IMG/VR virus record: IMGVR_UViG_3300027759_006101
Location: 1 to 64,000 of that record
Direction: 5' to 3' (one strand)
Length of the DNA: 64,000 nucleotides
Below are positions 46,801 through 55,866 of the stretch, one piece after another. Position numbers and translations under genes: made by a program. Positions within the stretch are counted from its first letter, which is position 1; each line of letters begins with the position of its first letter. The notes under the pieces were generated by a model. It saw only the letters and a list, made by a program, of their open reading frames with translations. It searched no databases and was not told where the DNA came from.

Positions 46801-47994
46801 AACTCCATCGTCGATCATGTCTTGCATAGTAGACTGAAGTTCAGCCATTGACTTAGTGATTTTGCCTACGTGTCCTAAATCAACATTGTCTTTACGTGCA
46901 AACATATTCATTACAGCAACTTCTAAAAAGTTCAAAGAAAGATTGATAAGATCAAGAATGTTAAGGCCAGATCTTGGATCAATTCCTAAGGCTCCCAAAA
47001 CTGCTGCAACTGTTGAATTTTGATTAGCTCCCTGACCAGCTAATAGTTGTCCGCCAACTAATGTGCCTGCTTGTTGTGCAAGTCTGATAGCAACATTGGT
47101 AGTTTGATTTGCTTGTCTCAAACAGCTTTCATATGCTGTTCTTTCATTAATATTTTCAGGGATTTCTTGTAAAGCTAAAACAATATTTGAATTTATTTCA
47201 TTAGCTTTCTTTTCTAAATTTGTTGCTGCACTTAAAACGTCATCAACATCATAAATTTCTTGAATTTCACAAGACTCAAAAGCACCATCACCTACACAGC
47301 TTAATTCTATAAACTTAACTCCATAGTTTTTTTCATAAGCTTTCTTGCCGGTTTCAGGATAAGTCTTGCCTTTATATTTTTTCAAGTGCTCACAATAGTC
47401 TCTTTCAGTATAGGCTTTATTGTTACAAATGGAACAAACGCCCCACTCAACACTTGCACCCATACTTACATCGTGAATAACACCTGTTCTAATATTTCTT
47501 GCGATATCAGGATATGCTTCCTCATCTACAAAGAAAGTACAGTAAACACAGTTTTCTTTTTCGTCCCATTCAGCGTAAACAACCATTCCTTTAGCTTGTT
47601 CAATATCATCATTTTTATGATTTGTATATATTGGAACACCTTCGAAAGATTTATATGCTGGGATTTTTTGACCTTTTAATTCAACTTCTTTAAGTAATTC
47701 TTCTTTAGAAAACAAGTCACCGTTTGCATTAACAACGTCTGCATCAATTGCTCTGGCTCTTACCCAAAGTAATTTAGCACCTTTACGAGCTTGCATTTCT
47801 TTAACGATATCAAAATCTTTGTATTTTTCTAATACTTCTTTAGGATCAGCATAGAGTGATTGTAAACCAATTTTTGCTGCTTCCCTCATATTTGAAGAAG
47901 CAGTTTTTATTAAGTGCTCTCTTGCCGCAACTCTGTCGTTTTCATTAAGAAAACTTTGCACAGTTATAGCACCACCTTTTGCAACTCTATACAT
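43855..47994 (-). CDS. Prohead (maturation) serine protease polyprotein with a long C-terminal extension
   Basis: N-terminal NANGDLF...YTNH...GMV...IRTGVIHDVSMG...IELSCV assemblin/HK97-like domain; ~1100 aa extension ending in two CxxC pairs. Confidence 0.75.
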   Translation of the reverse strand: MYRVAKGGAITVQSFLNENDRVAAREHLIKTASSNMREAAKIGLQSLYADPKEVLEKYKDFDIVKEMQARKGAKLLWVRARAIDADVVNANGDLFSKEELLKEVELKGQKIPAYKSFEGVPIYTNHKNDDIEQAKGMVVYAEWDEKENCVYCTFFVDEEAYPDIARNIRTGVIHDVSMGASVEWGVCSICNNKAYTERDYCEHLKKYKGKTYPETGKKAYEKNYGVKFIELSCVGDGAFESCEIQEIYDVDDVLSAATNLEKKANEINSNIVLALQEIPENINERTAYESCLRQANQTTNVAIRLAQQAGTLVGGQLLAGQGANQNSTVAAVLGALGIDPRSGLNILDLINLSLNFLEVAVMNMFARKDNVDLGHVGKITKSMAELQSTMQDMIDDGVDVGSGQRPQPINQPQSMPQAAQPNPSQQMASPQIGLANYSPTESVGKVMDMTNFSNPNPIGSGVALASTNYNLVWASKDGRREVFASTNHKTVDKFGNFAQSILSLKNNLNNVEQVNQSIQNVIRIANERNKNIKTNKPIEAGSRNQMDHFAKIASEQRKKLAAAVTIDFKVEDSAGNRVVLSTDGSITGFTNGKRTSWEPILNENQISMMESGQGTRVAAELLKDYSSFVRTALLDVKDRDGDRESLLEEVRSGESYSNLQDGVKTKNTGAPTVGKEQQLDTKRTGEGAEAVKEILLGKAGLYGRRVKDDEVRKSLTELVDEVTKGVPTEVLENRLSKHRSEGSAPAQLIMVKTIEALGKAVVSSFETPKTILRVAQVLSEEPMLPEMIGTAAAGTEMDAANTEKEEFFGQSSVDNPVTAVLKQLGAAVTSEVTAQDLSQALSVAVEEGEITKEGVTRIAELLMAGAAAPETGLDVDTQPSKNEELRSALRSAVDGAGDLISKDDLKSAISAMAMSSEETRTAPGEGVDVVDSMPEKQLMAAIDRAKTTTATEGRLRSRARREFWGVKTASAEKIENNLIGWLADYSTNFNIPTRKIALAAKRLCQDFDLAEKLVSRAIEAKQEADRTAGMTVTHTKSDCLRFMCVAEDLNGMSPGDDSFDEAFKQKAMEVLQGHGFTVDPNTFSFTDLVVSENGDVTATVSTMSSKTFKVDEENADAEVIAEELPVVMTEGARIARKNRRDEVLSKYAQVAPPMGAPAPASPAAGPVDPNLGAMAPIGGDLGISAMTGTEMNETSDLDAMTEPGEKKPWGSVCPVCGSDDVNISESNADCQNCGTTYKILQSIELISMGDKGKESPESEDLGGLGPDMGLGAATAPTEVPAASPAPPALGTVANSIKTMVRLSATVDSDVYLKTAMPDFDRTASKMLPVGMICPSCGNRKANKVKNNTFCHSCGNYSRTSVKTSKKDPSKLDVSITWID

Positions 47995-48032
47995 ATAAAA
48001 ATTCCTTTAAAATAAAGTTTCTGATACCTGTA

Positions 48033-48059
48033 TTCTAAAAATGTACTCTTTAAACCTTT
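48033..48059 (-). promoter_or_regulatory. Putative late promoter AAAGG-N18-AGAA
   Basis: AAAGG TTTAAAGAGTACATTTTT AGAA, intergenic upstream of the protease. Confidence 0.7.
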
Positions 48060-48072
48060 GATTACTTAAAGC

Positions 48073-48098
48073 TAAACCCGTCGGTTTCGACGGGTTTA
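48073..48098. terminator. Perfect 11-bp stem-loop after the portal gene
   Basis: TAAACCCGTCG-GTTT-CGACGGGTTTA. Confidence 0.75.
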
Positions 48099-48117
48099 TT
48101 GTACAGTTTAGTTAAAA

Positions 48118-50499
48118 TTATAAATATTTTTCACCATCTCCATTTGAACTTTGACCTGTACGTTTTTTAATTGCATTTATCAAGACGTTCAAACAATCTT
48201 GAGGATGATCTTGTAGCTCTTTATCAGTAAATCTAATTATAATCCAACCATTGACTGCTAATTCTGAATCTCTTCTCTTATCTTTAGCAATTTTATCTGG
48301 ATTGTTGTGCCAAATTTCTCCATCTGCTTCAACACCAATTTTCAAGTTTGGAATTGCTCCATCCAATTGATAATCCATTGTTGGACCAGCTGAATATTGA
48401 GCATAAAGTGGGAAAGGCATATTCAATGACATCAATAATCCATATAATTTCTTTTCTAAAGACGTAAACATCTTTGGTTGATTAATGTTTTCTAATTTTT
48501 TTGCAATAACCTGTCTGATAGATTCATTTTTGTTATTTGCATAATGATGCATTTCATTCATAGCATAATTATTCAATGGGTAAGAAAGCGAACCGCCAAT
48601 AAACGGTGTATCAATTACTCCAAAAAGACCATCATACTCAACTGGCAGAGGGCCTAAATTAGCTCTACCAGTAACAGGTTTCAGACTCATTAAGAAAGCT
48701 TCGTGAGCTGAAGATTTTATTTTCTTACTTGCGGTTCTAATTTTATCTGATTTATTTAAGTCGTCTAGTCTATTTTGATATATACTATTTACAATGTCTG
48801 ATGCGAGCCTATAATTTTCAAGCATAGATTTTGCTGTAGGCGCTGGAGCTTCTGGCATTGGGGCCGGAGGAGCTGCTCCAGCTGGAGAAGCACCAGGAGC
48901 TCCACCAACACCAAGGTCTGGTGCAGGAGGGGCTGCGCCCATGTCTGCACCTCCAGATGCGCCAAACCCTTGACCTGTTACGCCACCACTTTGAAAACTT
49001 AATGATATATTTGGTGTTCCAAAACTTTGGTCGCTCATAAAATTAGCGCCTTGTTCATATCTAAGTCTTTCAATTTCTTGGTCAGAATCAAGACCAAATG
49101 CTTCAATCAAGGAAACATTTGAAATTACACCATTCTGATTTGCTGTTACAAGCATCTGCAATTTGCCAGTGTCGTCTCTTAACTGCAGGTCATCAAATTT
49201 AATACGTGGATAAACAATTTCTTCTTGCCCACGTTCTCCTTCAATAACAAATCCATTCCATTTTGCAACGGGCATGAAAATATTCATTTCTACCCAGTGA
49301 GCAACTTCTCTTCGGAATGTTTCTAGTCTTTGAGCCATTGCAAGAAGACCAACTTGAGCGTTTCCGTAAGTAGGTCCTTCACCATTCAACAAGGCTTTAT
49401 TAAGCATGACACCATCAAGAATTTCTTGTTCGATAAGTTCAAATTCACCAGTCAAAGGGTGAATTTTTCCAGTTGCACCATACCACTCTAGATCAAAGTT
49501 ATGGTGAGTAACAAGAGTTAGGTTTGGATCATTCGCAATTGACGCTAATTCATCTTGAACATTGTCGATGTCTTCTTGAGATGCTGGTCTTGTATCGCTA
49601 CCAATCTTTACAACTTTGATTGGTAAAATAAGGCGTTCAGCAATCATATACTGAGCTTGTCTCAGTTTATCTTTGTATGTCAAAATTGGGAATAATGGTC
49701 TTATCATAGAGATGCCATAATCTTCCCAAGGATTTGAACCATACTTAAAGTGATGTATGGAAATCTGGTTTAATTTGATAGGATCGCCCTTGAGAATAAG
49801 TTTCTTAATTCCGTCTGGGATAGAATCATAAATATCTTTAGGATGTCTTTCGTTTACAATTCGGATTTCTTCAGCAGACGGTCTGTAAGCATAGCTACCC
49901 TGCTGGTCAATCATCCCTGGAGTCTTAATTACATTATCAGGGTTTAAAATAGAAATGGATTTCCAAGAAGCTCCATCGTGTTGACATTCTTGATTTTTAT
50001 CTTCGTCCCAGTTTGAACCGTGGCAGTGAGGGCAATCAATAGATAACAGAACAAAAGCATCACCTAATAAATGATATACTTTTGAAATTTCAGGAAGCCA
50101 TTTTTGAAAATTAAGTTTTTCTACTAATTTTTCAAAATAATCTTTAACGTAAGAAGATGAACATTCTAATTTCCAACCAGAGAATGGATAATTGGTATAG
50201 AAGTTAATTGCTGCAGAAACTTTTGGTTCATTGTTCTTCCACCAGTTTGCCCATAGATACACTTCACGTCGAGCATTTGGGATTTGAAATGAAGATGGAG
50301 TAAGGAATGGAGAATAGAAGTTAGGAGCAGTTGTGATAGAATTGATACTGGCAGATCTTGTAACACCAGGACCTAATCCTAAGCCAATACGACTACTTGC
50401 ATATGCTTGTTTTGATTCTGAAGTGGCTGTACTAGTCGAGCCTGAAACTTGTGTTGCTGCTGTTCTAATAGCAGATGCAAGAGATGTTTTTGTTGCCAT
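48118..50499 (-). CDS. Portal protein fused to a C-terminal DUF559/Vsr-like endonuclease
   Basis: Portal-like core (KVSAAINFYTNYP, YHLLGDAF, HHFKY...PWEDYGISMI, IKFDDLQL), P/A/G linker, then FTSLEKKL...QY...LDGAI...VEADGEIWH...DKRRD..L..NGWIIIRF. Confidence 0.8.
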   Translation of the reverse strand: MATKTSLASAIRTAATQVSGSTSTATSESKQAYASSRIGLGLGPGVTRSASINSITTAPNFYSPFLTPSSFQIPNARREVYLWANWWKNNEPKVSAAINFYTNYPFSGWKLECSSSYVKDYFEKLVEKLNFQKWLPEISKVYHLLGDAFVLLSIDCPHCHGSNWDEDKNQECQHDGASWKSISILNPDNVIKTPGMIDQQGSYAYRPSAEEIRIVNERHPKDIYDSIPDGIKKLILKGDPIKLNQISIHHFKYGSNPWEDYGISMIRPLFPILTYKDKLRQAQYMIAERLILPIKVVKIGSDTRPASQEDIDNVQDELASIANDPNLTLVTHHNFDLEWYGATGKIHPLTGEFELIEQEILDGVMLNKALLNGEGPTYGNAQVGLLAMAQRLETFRREVAHWVEMNIFMPVAKWNGFVIEGERGQEEIVYPRIKFDDLQLRDDTGKLQMLVTANQNGVISNVSLIEAFGLDSDQEIERLRYEQGANFMSDQSFGTPNISLSFQSGGVTGQGFGASGGADMGAAPPAPDLGVGGAPGASPAGAAPPAPMPEAPAPTAKSMLENYRLASDIVNSIYQNRLDDLNKSDKIRTASKKIKSSAHEAFLMSLKPVTGRANLGPLPVEYDGLFGVIDTPFIGGSLSYPLNNYAMNEMHHYANNKNESIRQVIAKKLENINQPKMFTSLEKKLYGLLMSLNMPFPLYAQYSAGPTMDYQLDGAIPNLKIGVEADGEIWHNNPDKIAKDKRRDSELAVNGWIIIRFTDKELQDHPQDCLNVLINAIKKRTGQSSNGDGEKYL

Positions 50500-50506
50500 A
50501 ACATAT

Positions 50507-50513
50507 ATTATAC
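50507..50513 (-). promoter_or_regulatory. GTATAAT -10 box 7 nt before the portal ATG
   Basis: CGGTATAAT ATATGTT ATG, no SD. Confidence 0.6.
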
Positions 50514-50527
50514 CGTTCTATTTTTTA

Positions 50528-51055
50528 TTAGAACCAAGTTTGATTAGATGGAAGTTGTCCGAAGAGTTTTGGATCTTGTTTGCCACTTAATGCTTGTGTA
50601 TAACCTTCACCATTCTTTAAGTGCAAAAATCCTTCACCTTTTTTGTAAGCATTAGAATCTGCTGGACTGACATTATTGTTTTGTTGCCTTGAGCCATCTA
50701 AAAGATTTTCAAGAGTAGTTTCTTCAGGGTTGGAGTGATGTTCAGAATGTCTTCTCGCTTCATTGGATGCTGACTGTGGACCAGTAATAAATTGACCATT
50801 ATTGTCCATATTCATTCTATGAGGTCTCTTTACAAGTAACTCCCAAATTTCTGCCTGCTGCTCTTTTGTCATATGATAATAATCATCGACAGTTTTGTTC
50901 ATTTTTTTAAGAATACCAGGTAGTTCATCGTAAAGACCTTGTGGCTGATTGTCAATATCTTTAACAATGTCAATTCCGGCATTTTGCTCATTAGTAGATT
51001 CATTTCTTGAAAAATCTACTCCACCGCCAAATGATACGACTTTTCTATACCACAT
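50528..51055 (-). CDS. Hypothetical head-associated protein
   Basis: 175 aa, starts MWYRKVVS. Confidence 0.65.
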   Translation of the reverse strand: MWYRKVVSFGGGVDFSRNESTNEQNAGIDIVKDIDNQPQGLYDELPGILKKMNKTVDDYYHMTKEQQAEIWELLVKRPHRMNMDNNGQFITGPQSASNEARRHSEHHSNPEETTLENLLDGSRQQNNNVSPADSNAYKKGEGFLHLKNGEGYTQALSGKQDPKLFGQLPSNQTWF

Positions 51056-52628
51056 CGTCGTATTCTTCTCTTTTAGATTGCATTACATAATCTAAGCCGA
51101 GTTCATTTGCAAAGTTTTTAAGATCGTCTTCAGAAAATTGATGACCCCAATCATCATCATCAGTATCACTCAATAGTTGTTCGATACTTTTGTCATTTTT
51201 GTTGTTTTGTCTATGGGATTCTAATTCTTCTTCTTTTGAATCTTCGCTAACTTTCTTTGATGCAGATATATTTTTATTGAGTAAATTACTTACTGACTCT
51301 TTAGGCTCAGCTTTATTTTTATTGAGTTCATTTCTATAATTCTTTGGTTCTTTGCTATCAAGCAGTTGTTCAGCGTATGATTTCTCCATTTCGCCTTTTC
51401 TTGAATAAAGACCATCTTCGAGTTGTTCTTCTCGAGTAGTCTCAGTATCAGAATCTACATCATTGAGTTTTCTTAATAAAGCCTCAAGATAGTCACTACC
51501 GCTTTGCTCTTCTCTAGGTAATTGAGAATCTATAGTTTTCATAGAATCAGATTGAGCTTGCTTTGGTCTTAGAACAGGTTTACTACCTTGCTGATGGCCA
51601 TAACTTGACTCTTTTGTCTCAGAAAGTTGTTTTTCTCTAGAGTCTGATTCGTTATGTTTACCTCTAACTTTATTTGCGCCTCTATCAGAATTCTCAAATC
51701 TTGCTTCAAAACCAACTTCACCGTCAGTCAGTTTTTTAGATCTTTCACCTTCAGCAAGATTAAGTAAATTGGCTTCATTATCAGGATGCCTATGGACATC
51801 AAGTTTGCCCATAACTTGATCATGTGATTGGAAAGCTGTTTTCATCCAGTCAGCATATGCACAAGTCACAGTTCCATCTTTACCAATTCTTGAGTCAATG
51901 CAGTTTTCTCTACACTTAGAAATCTCCATTGGTACAGGGCCTTTACCTTGAAGTTTTCCTTTAGGGCATAAAAGATAAGGCTCATTGTCTTGTGTTGATA
52001 ATGTAGTGTATGCAACTCTTTTCATTTCAGATGGAGTTATGCTTGAAAATGTCTGTTTTACTTTTTCGGCAACTTCTGATACGGCTTCTTTGTTGCCAGA
52101 AAGAACTAAAGTTCTTGCTTTATCTAAAAATGATTTAGAAATAACATTATCAGCAAATCTATACAAATTATCTAAAGAATTAATGGACTCAATCTGCCAA
52201 TATCCAGTAGATTTGTCTTCTTTTTTGTATGCAACTCTTTCAAATTTAACAGCAGAGGATTCTTTGTTTAAAAAACTTTGAAGAGACACGTATGCATATC
52301 TTAGAAGATTTCTTTGTTGTGCTAATTTGATATTATTTAATGTTTTGTATGCGCTATGAACTTTTGATGCTGGTAAAGCAACAATAATTTCAGGTCCACC
52401 CATTGACTTAAAGCTATTTGTTATAGGATCGTCACCAAAATCATCAGCACTTAAAACATGAAAAGGAGAAGAGTGTGGAATTCTTTCTCCATCACCAACA
52501 TTTGACAAAGTATCTTGGAGCATTTGCAACAATCCCATACCGCCAATCTTGGAATTCCCCAAAATTTTCTCAACTTTGTTTGGATCGTGTGTTTCATACT
52601 TAGTAGTGATTTTGTATCCGTGTTCCAT
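51045..52628 (-). CDS. Hypothetical head-associated protein with a Cys cluster and repeated ExQL motifs
   Basis: 527 aa; LLCPKG...CRENC...C; KLAQ and RVAY x2. Confidence 0.65.
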   Translation of the reverse strand: MEHGYKITTKYETHDPNKVEKILGNSKIGGMGLLQMLQDTLSNVGDGERIPHSSPFHVLSADDFGDDPITNSFKSMGGPEIIVALPASKVHSAYKTLNNIKLAQQRNLLRYAYVSLQSFLNKESSAVKFERVAYKKEDKSTGYWQIESINSLDNLYRFADNVISKSFLDKARTLVLSGNKEAVSEVAEKVKQTFSSITPSEMKRVAYTTLSTQDNEPYLLCPKGKLQGKGPVPMEISKCRENCIDSRIGKDGTVTCAYADWMKTAFQSHDQVMGKLDVHRHPDNEANLLNLAEGERSKKLTDGEVGFEARFENSDRGANKVRGKHNESDSREKQLSETKESSYGHQQGSKPVLRPKQAQSDSMKTIDSQLPREEQSGSDYLEALLRKLNDVDSDTETTREEQLEDGLYSRKGEMEKSYAEQLLDSKEPKNYRNELNKNKAEPKESVSNLLNKNISASKKVSEDSKEEELESHRQNNKNDKSIEQLLSDTDDDDWGHQFSEDDLKNFANELGLDYVMQSKREEYDDVV

Positions 52629-52630
52629 AA

Positions 52631-53497
52631 TTAATTTCCTAACCCAAGCATTGACAATTCTTCTTTATCAAATCCTCTGTCAGTTAATGCTTTTTTGATT
52701 TCTGCCAATTCTTCTTTAGCACCCTTTTTATTTGCTGGATCCTTGAAATCACCTTGAGGAGTTGACTTACTGTAATCAAGTAAATCCATCAAGAAACAAG
52801 CTCTTAAAATTAATTCTGAAGTAGATCTTTTGTGGAAATTTGGAGATTCGTCATAATTCAAAGATGCAGTTTTGACAGCTTCTTTTTTTGAATCTTCTTT
52901 TTCGTCTTTATCGTCATCTTTTTTTAGTTTCCTGTTATAATCTTTGACGATATCTACCGCACGTTCAATTGTTTCTTTATTCCAATACTTAAGCTTGGCA
53001 ATATATCTTACAATATCGTTTTTCTCTACACCGTGATCTAGAAGTTTTCCAACCTTGCCCATCAAAACTCTGAATGGATTTCCACGAGTTTTTTTCTTTT
53101 TCTTTTGTGCTGCTCTTGAATTATTGTACACTTTGTCTTCCTTCTTAGATGTGATATAGAGTTCATATATTTCTCTACCAATATCTTGATAAGTAGGGTC
53201 CAATTCACCTGTAAGTGGGTCTTTAGTTCTAGTTCTTCCACTATTAGAATGCATTAATGCTTTAGATAATTTATCAAGTTTATGTTTAAGATTTTCATCA
53301 ACAATTCTTACGCTTACATTTGCAACTTGATCTGCCATTACTTGAAAATCGTCTTTACATGCTAATACTTCTTGCAGTAAAGTTTGCAATTCTGATTCTG
53401 TAACGCCTTCAATTTGTTCCCCTCCAAGTGGAATATTATTGATTCCATTTGCAGGATTTGATGCTAATGCCGGTCCTTCAGAATTGTTTGGTTCCAT
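52631..53497 (-). CDS. Hypothetical head-associated protein
   Basis: 288 aa; basic KKKKKTRGNPFRVLMG segment; VKTAS. Confidence 0.65.
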   Translation of the reverse strand: MEPNNSEGPALASNPANGINNIPLGGEQIEGVTESELQTLLQEVLACKDDFQVMADQVANVSVRIVDENLKHKLDKLSKALMHSNSGRTRTKDPLTGELDPTYQDIGREIYELYITSKKEDKVYNNSRAAQKKKKKTRGNPFRVLMGKVGKLLDHGVEKNDIVRYIAKLKYWNKETIERAVDIVKDYNRKLKKDDDKDEKEDSKKEAVKTASLNYDESPNFHKRSTSELILRACFLMDLLDYSKSTPQGDFKDPANKKGAKEELAEIKKALTDRGFDKEELSMLGLGN

Positions 53498-53499
53498 TT

Positions 53500-54306
53500 T
53501 TATCTTAAGTCTAAATCAATATTGTTGTAAATGTCAGAAACAGTTTGCGCTCTATTTTTAGATTTTTCTATCATTTGATCTTGAAAATTCTTTTGTATGG
53601 AGAGTCTTTCATTTCTAACACGGTCTTGGTTAGCAATACGCATACTTTCTCTTTGGTCTAAACTTTCAGGATCAATCATTCCAAATGTTGAGTTGAATTC
53701 ATTATCTGATGAAGTTCTCAAAATAGAATGAGCTCTGGAATTAACAACATTTGCTTTCTTAATTTTGTTAATGTTTTTCTCTTCCCAAGATTGATGCCTA
53801 GATGCTTTAGCTTCTCTCAATCTTTGTTGTTCTACAACTGCTTGTTCAGTTGTTGATTCTTGGGAATTCAAAAATTCTTTTGAAATTGAAATCATATCAG
53901 GATTGAAAATATTAGAAGATCCTCTGAGCATACAATCCATATATTCCTCAGATGAATATGCCTTCAAACCACTTGTTGTAGTTCTTGCACTTTCACCGTC
54001 ATCATAAAAAGAACCTGATCTCTTAATAGCAGAAAAATCTTGTGCTAAAAGTCTATCTTCTACAGTTTCTTGTCTTAAGTCATTGTAAAGAGATGGGCCG
54101 GAAATTTTTTCCCATGATTTGCTGAAAGAATTAGCTTCTTTAGTAAATCCTATGTTTTGCTTAGAAATTTTCATTCTATTTTCAGCAGAATTCATTCTCA
54201 ATTCAGCATATGGGTCTTCTTCAACTTCAACTTGAGCACCAACAAATTTTTTCTCTAAAAAACTTGGTATATTTTCAATTTCTGATACTTTTTTAAATCT
54301 ACTCAT
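53500..54306 (-). CDS. Hypothetical head-associated protein
   Basis: 268 aa, starts MSRFKKVS. Confidence 0.65.
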   Translation of the reverse strand: MSRFKKVSEIENIPSFLEKKFVGAQVEVEEDPYAELRMNSAENRMKISKQNIGFTKEANSFSKSWEKISGPSLYNDLRQETVEDRLLAQDFSAIKRSGSFYDDGESARTTTSGLKAYSSEEYMDCMLRGSSNIFNPDMISISKEFLNSQESTTEQAVVEQQRLREAKASRHQSWEEKNINKIKKANVVNSRAHSILRTSSDNEFNSTFGMIDPESLDQRESMRIANQDRVRNERLSIQKNFQDQMIEKSKNRAQTVSDIYNNIDLDLR

Positions 54307-54333
54307 TTTTTCATCCTTAATTTATTCAAGAAT

Positions 54334-54357
54334 GTCCCAAGGCCTAAACCTTGGGAC
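54334..54357. terminator. Stem-loop between 54374-55408 and 53500-54306
   Basis: GTCCCAAGG-CCTAAA-CCTTGGGAC. Confidence 0.65.
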
Positions 54358-54373
54358 TTTTCTTCTTGAGGAA

Positions 54374-55408
54374 TTAATTTTTCTTGTCGTATTTCTTGGT
54401 AAATAAGGCGTCGATCCAATCTTGGTCGCCATAGCCTAAATCATTTTTCCAATAATCAATGAGTCTTGAATAATCAGCATCAGAAAGTGTTGCTGTCTTA
54501 ATCATTGATGACGCTGCAGCAATCTTAGTACTGTGATCGAGCTTTGATGCTAAAACACTTCTGATTTTTGCTGTATTGTCAACCTTTTTAGTAGCAACTT
54601 CGCCAATTCTTGCTTGGATATACTCAACTGGGAAACCCTCTGCAAGAGCCTTTTGTGCAAAAGCTGTTTTCATAGCAGGAGTCATTCCAGAATTTTGAGT
54701 CTTTCTAGATGCAGTCTTAACTGGTTGTGGTTGAACTGATTGCTCTTCAACACTTTGAACAAGTGCTTCTCTGTAAGCTCTTCTTTGTGCTAATCTAACA
54801 GACTTTTCTTTTTCAGAAGCAATTCTTGTTTCAATTTGTGAAGCAAGTCTGATTCTTCTGTCGTGTCTAGCAGCAAGAATAGCACTCTTTAAGTGCTCAT
54901 CGCCAGCAGCTTCTGCAGCTTCAACTGCTTCTGCGGAAAGTTGTGAAGGATGGTTGAAGACATATGCTTTCTTAACTTTCTCATCTTTCTTAGGACCTTT
55001 TCTCTTCATCGGGCCCTTTGCATGATCTTCGTGATCTTCTTCTTCTTCGTCTTCGTGATCTTCGTCTTCGTGATCTTCAGATTTGTTTTTCTTGCCTTTC
55101 TTGTTCTCTTCAAGCCACTTAGCTAAGCCAGGATTAAGGCCTTTCTTAGCCATTTTGGTTGAATTGTGATACATAGATTCATCTTCCACATCTTCATTTG
55201 CGTAAGAAGAACCAGCTTCTTGTAACATATCAACCTTTTCTTTGCCAATAGAGTCTAAGAGTGCTTTAAGACCTTTATCTTTGTCTTCCTCACCATTTTC
55301 AGCAGCTGCTAATCTTTGGTTAAAGTTATCCCAGTCAATTCCTTGAAAAACAAGGTCAGAATCAAGAGGGTCTTCTTGATATCTGTTTGGGAAAATTCTA
55401 TCTGCCAT
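54374..55408 (-). CDS. Highly charged head-associated (scaffold-like) protein
   Basis: 344 aa; DHEDE repeats; RLAS, RLAQ, KTAS, KTAT; GAGGAG SD. Confidence 0.65.
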   Translation of the reverse strand: MADRIFPNRYQEDPLDSDLVFQGIDWDNFNQRLAAAENGEEDKDKGLKALLDSIGKEKVDMLQEAGSSYANEDVEDESMYHNSTKMAKKGLNPGLAKWLEENKKGKKNKSEDHEDEDHEDEEEEDHEDHAKGPMKRKGPKKDEKVKKAYVFNHPSQLSAEAVEAAEAAGDEHLKSAILAARHDRRIRLASQIETRIASEKEKSVRLAQRRAYREALVQSVEEQSVQPQPVKTASRKTQNSGMTPAMKTAFAQKALAEGFPVEYIQARIGEVATKKVDNTAKIRSVLASKLDHSTKIAAASSMIKTATLSDADYSRLIDYWKNDLGYGDQDWIDALFTKKYDKKN

Positions 55409-55448
55409 AATTTTGTTTTCTCCTCAAGAAAAAATACATTAAAAAAAC

Positions 55449-55475
55449 TTCTTAAATTTAAAGGGTAATTCCTTT
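55449..55475 (-). promoter_or_regulatory. Putative late promoter AAAGG-N18-AGAA
   Basis: AAAGG AATTACCCTTTAAATTTA AGAA. Confidence 0.7.
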
Positions 55476-55482
55476 AATGCAT

Positions 55483-55866
55483 CTATTTATTTTCTTTATC
55501 TAAAATCAGTTTGTTGCCCTTCATTATAAGCTTATCGCCTATTTTTATACCCAATTTGTCAAAAGTTCCCTTATTTGCTTCTACAACAAAAATAATCTTT
55601 GAACTTTCAGGATAAACAGATTTAGGATCATCTGCTTCCATATCTTTAATGTCTCGAATTCTGTACTTATCATCTAAAAAAGCTAATGATAATGGAAAAC
55701 TAACATTTTTATTCCAAAAAGAGTAACAGTCAGGATAATCAAACTTGAAAACGACAACTTCGAAGTTTTCTAAAGGCTCCGCAAACATTAAGCCTTTTGT
55801 TCGTAATTTGTCATTATTTGCTAAAAATCTAATTTCAAATTCATCACGGAATTTGTCTTTAGTGAG
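55483..55866 (-). CDS. DUF192-family domain whose N-terminus lies upstream of the first ATG, in frame after the UGA of the previous gene
   Basis: LTKDKFRDEFEIRFLANNDKLRTKGL-MFAEPL...FWNKNVSFPLSLAFLD...VVEANKG...IKIGD. Confidence 0.75.
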   Translation of the reverse strand, partial: LTKDKFRDEFEIRFLANNDKLRTKGLMFAEPLENFEVVVFKFDYPDCYSFWNKNVSFPLSLAFLDDKYRIRDIKDMEADDPKSVYPESSKIIFVVEANKGTFDKLGIKIGDKLIMKGNKLILDKENK

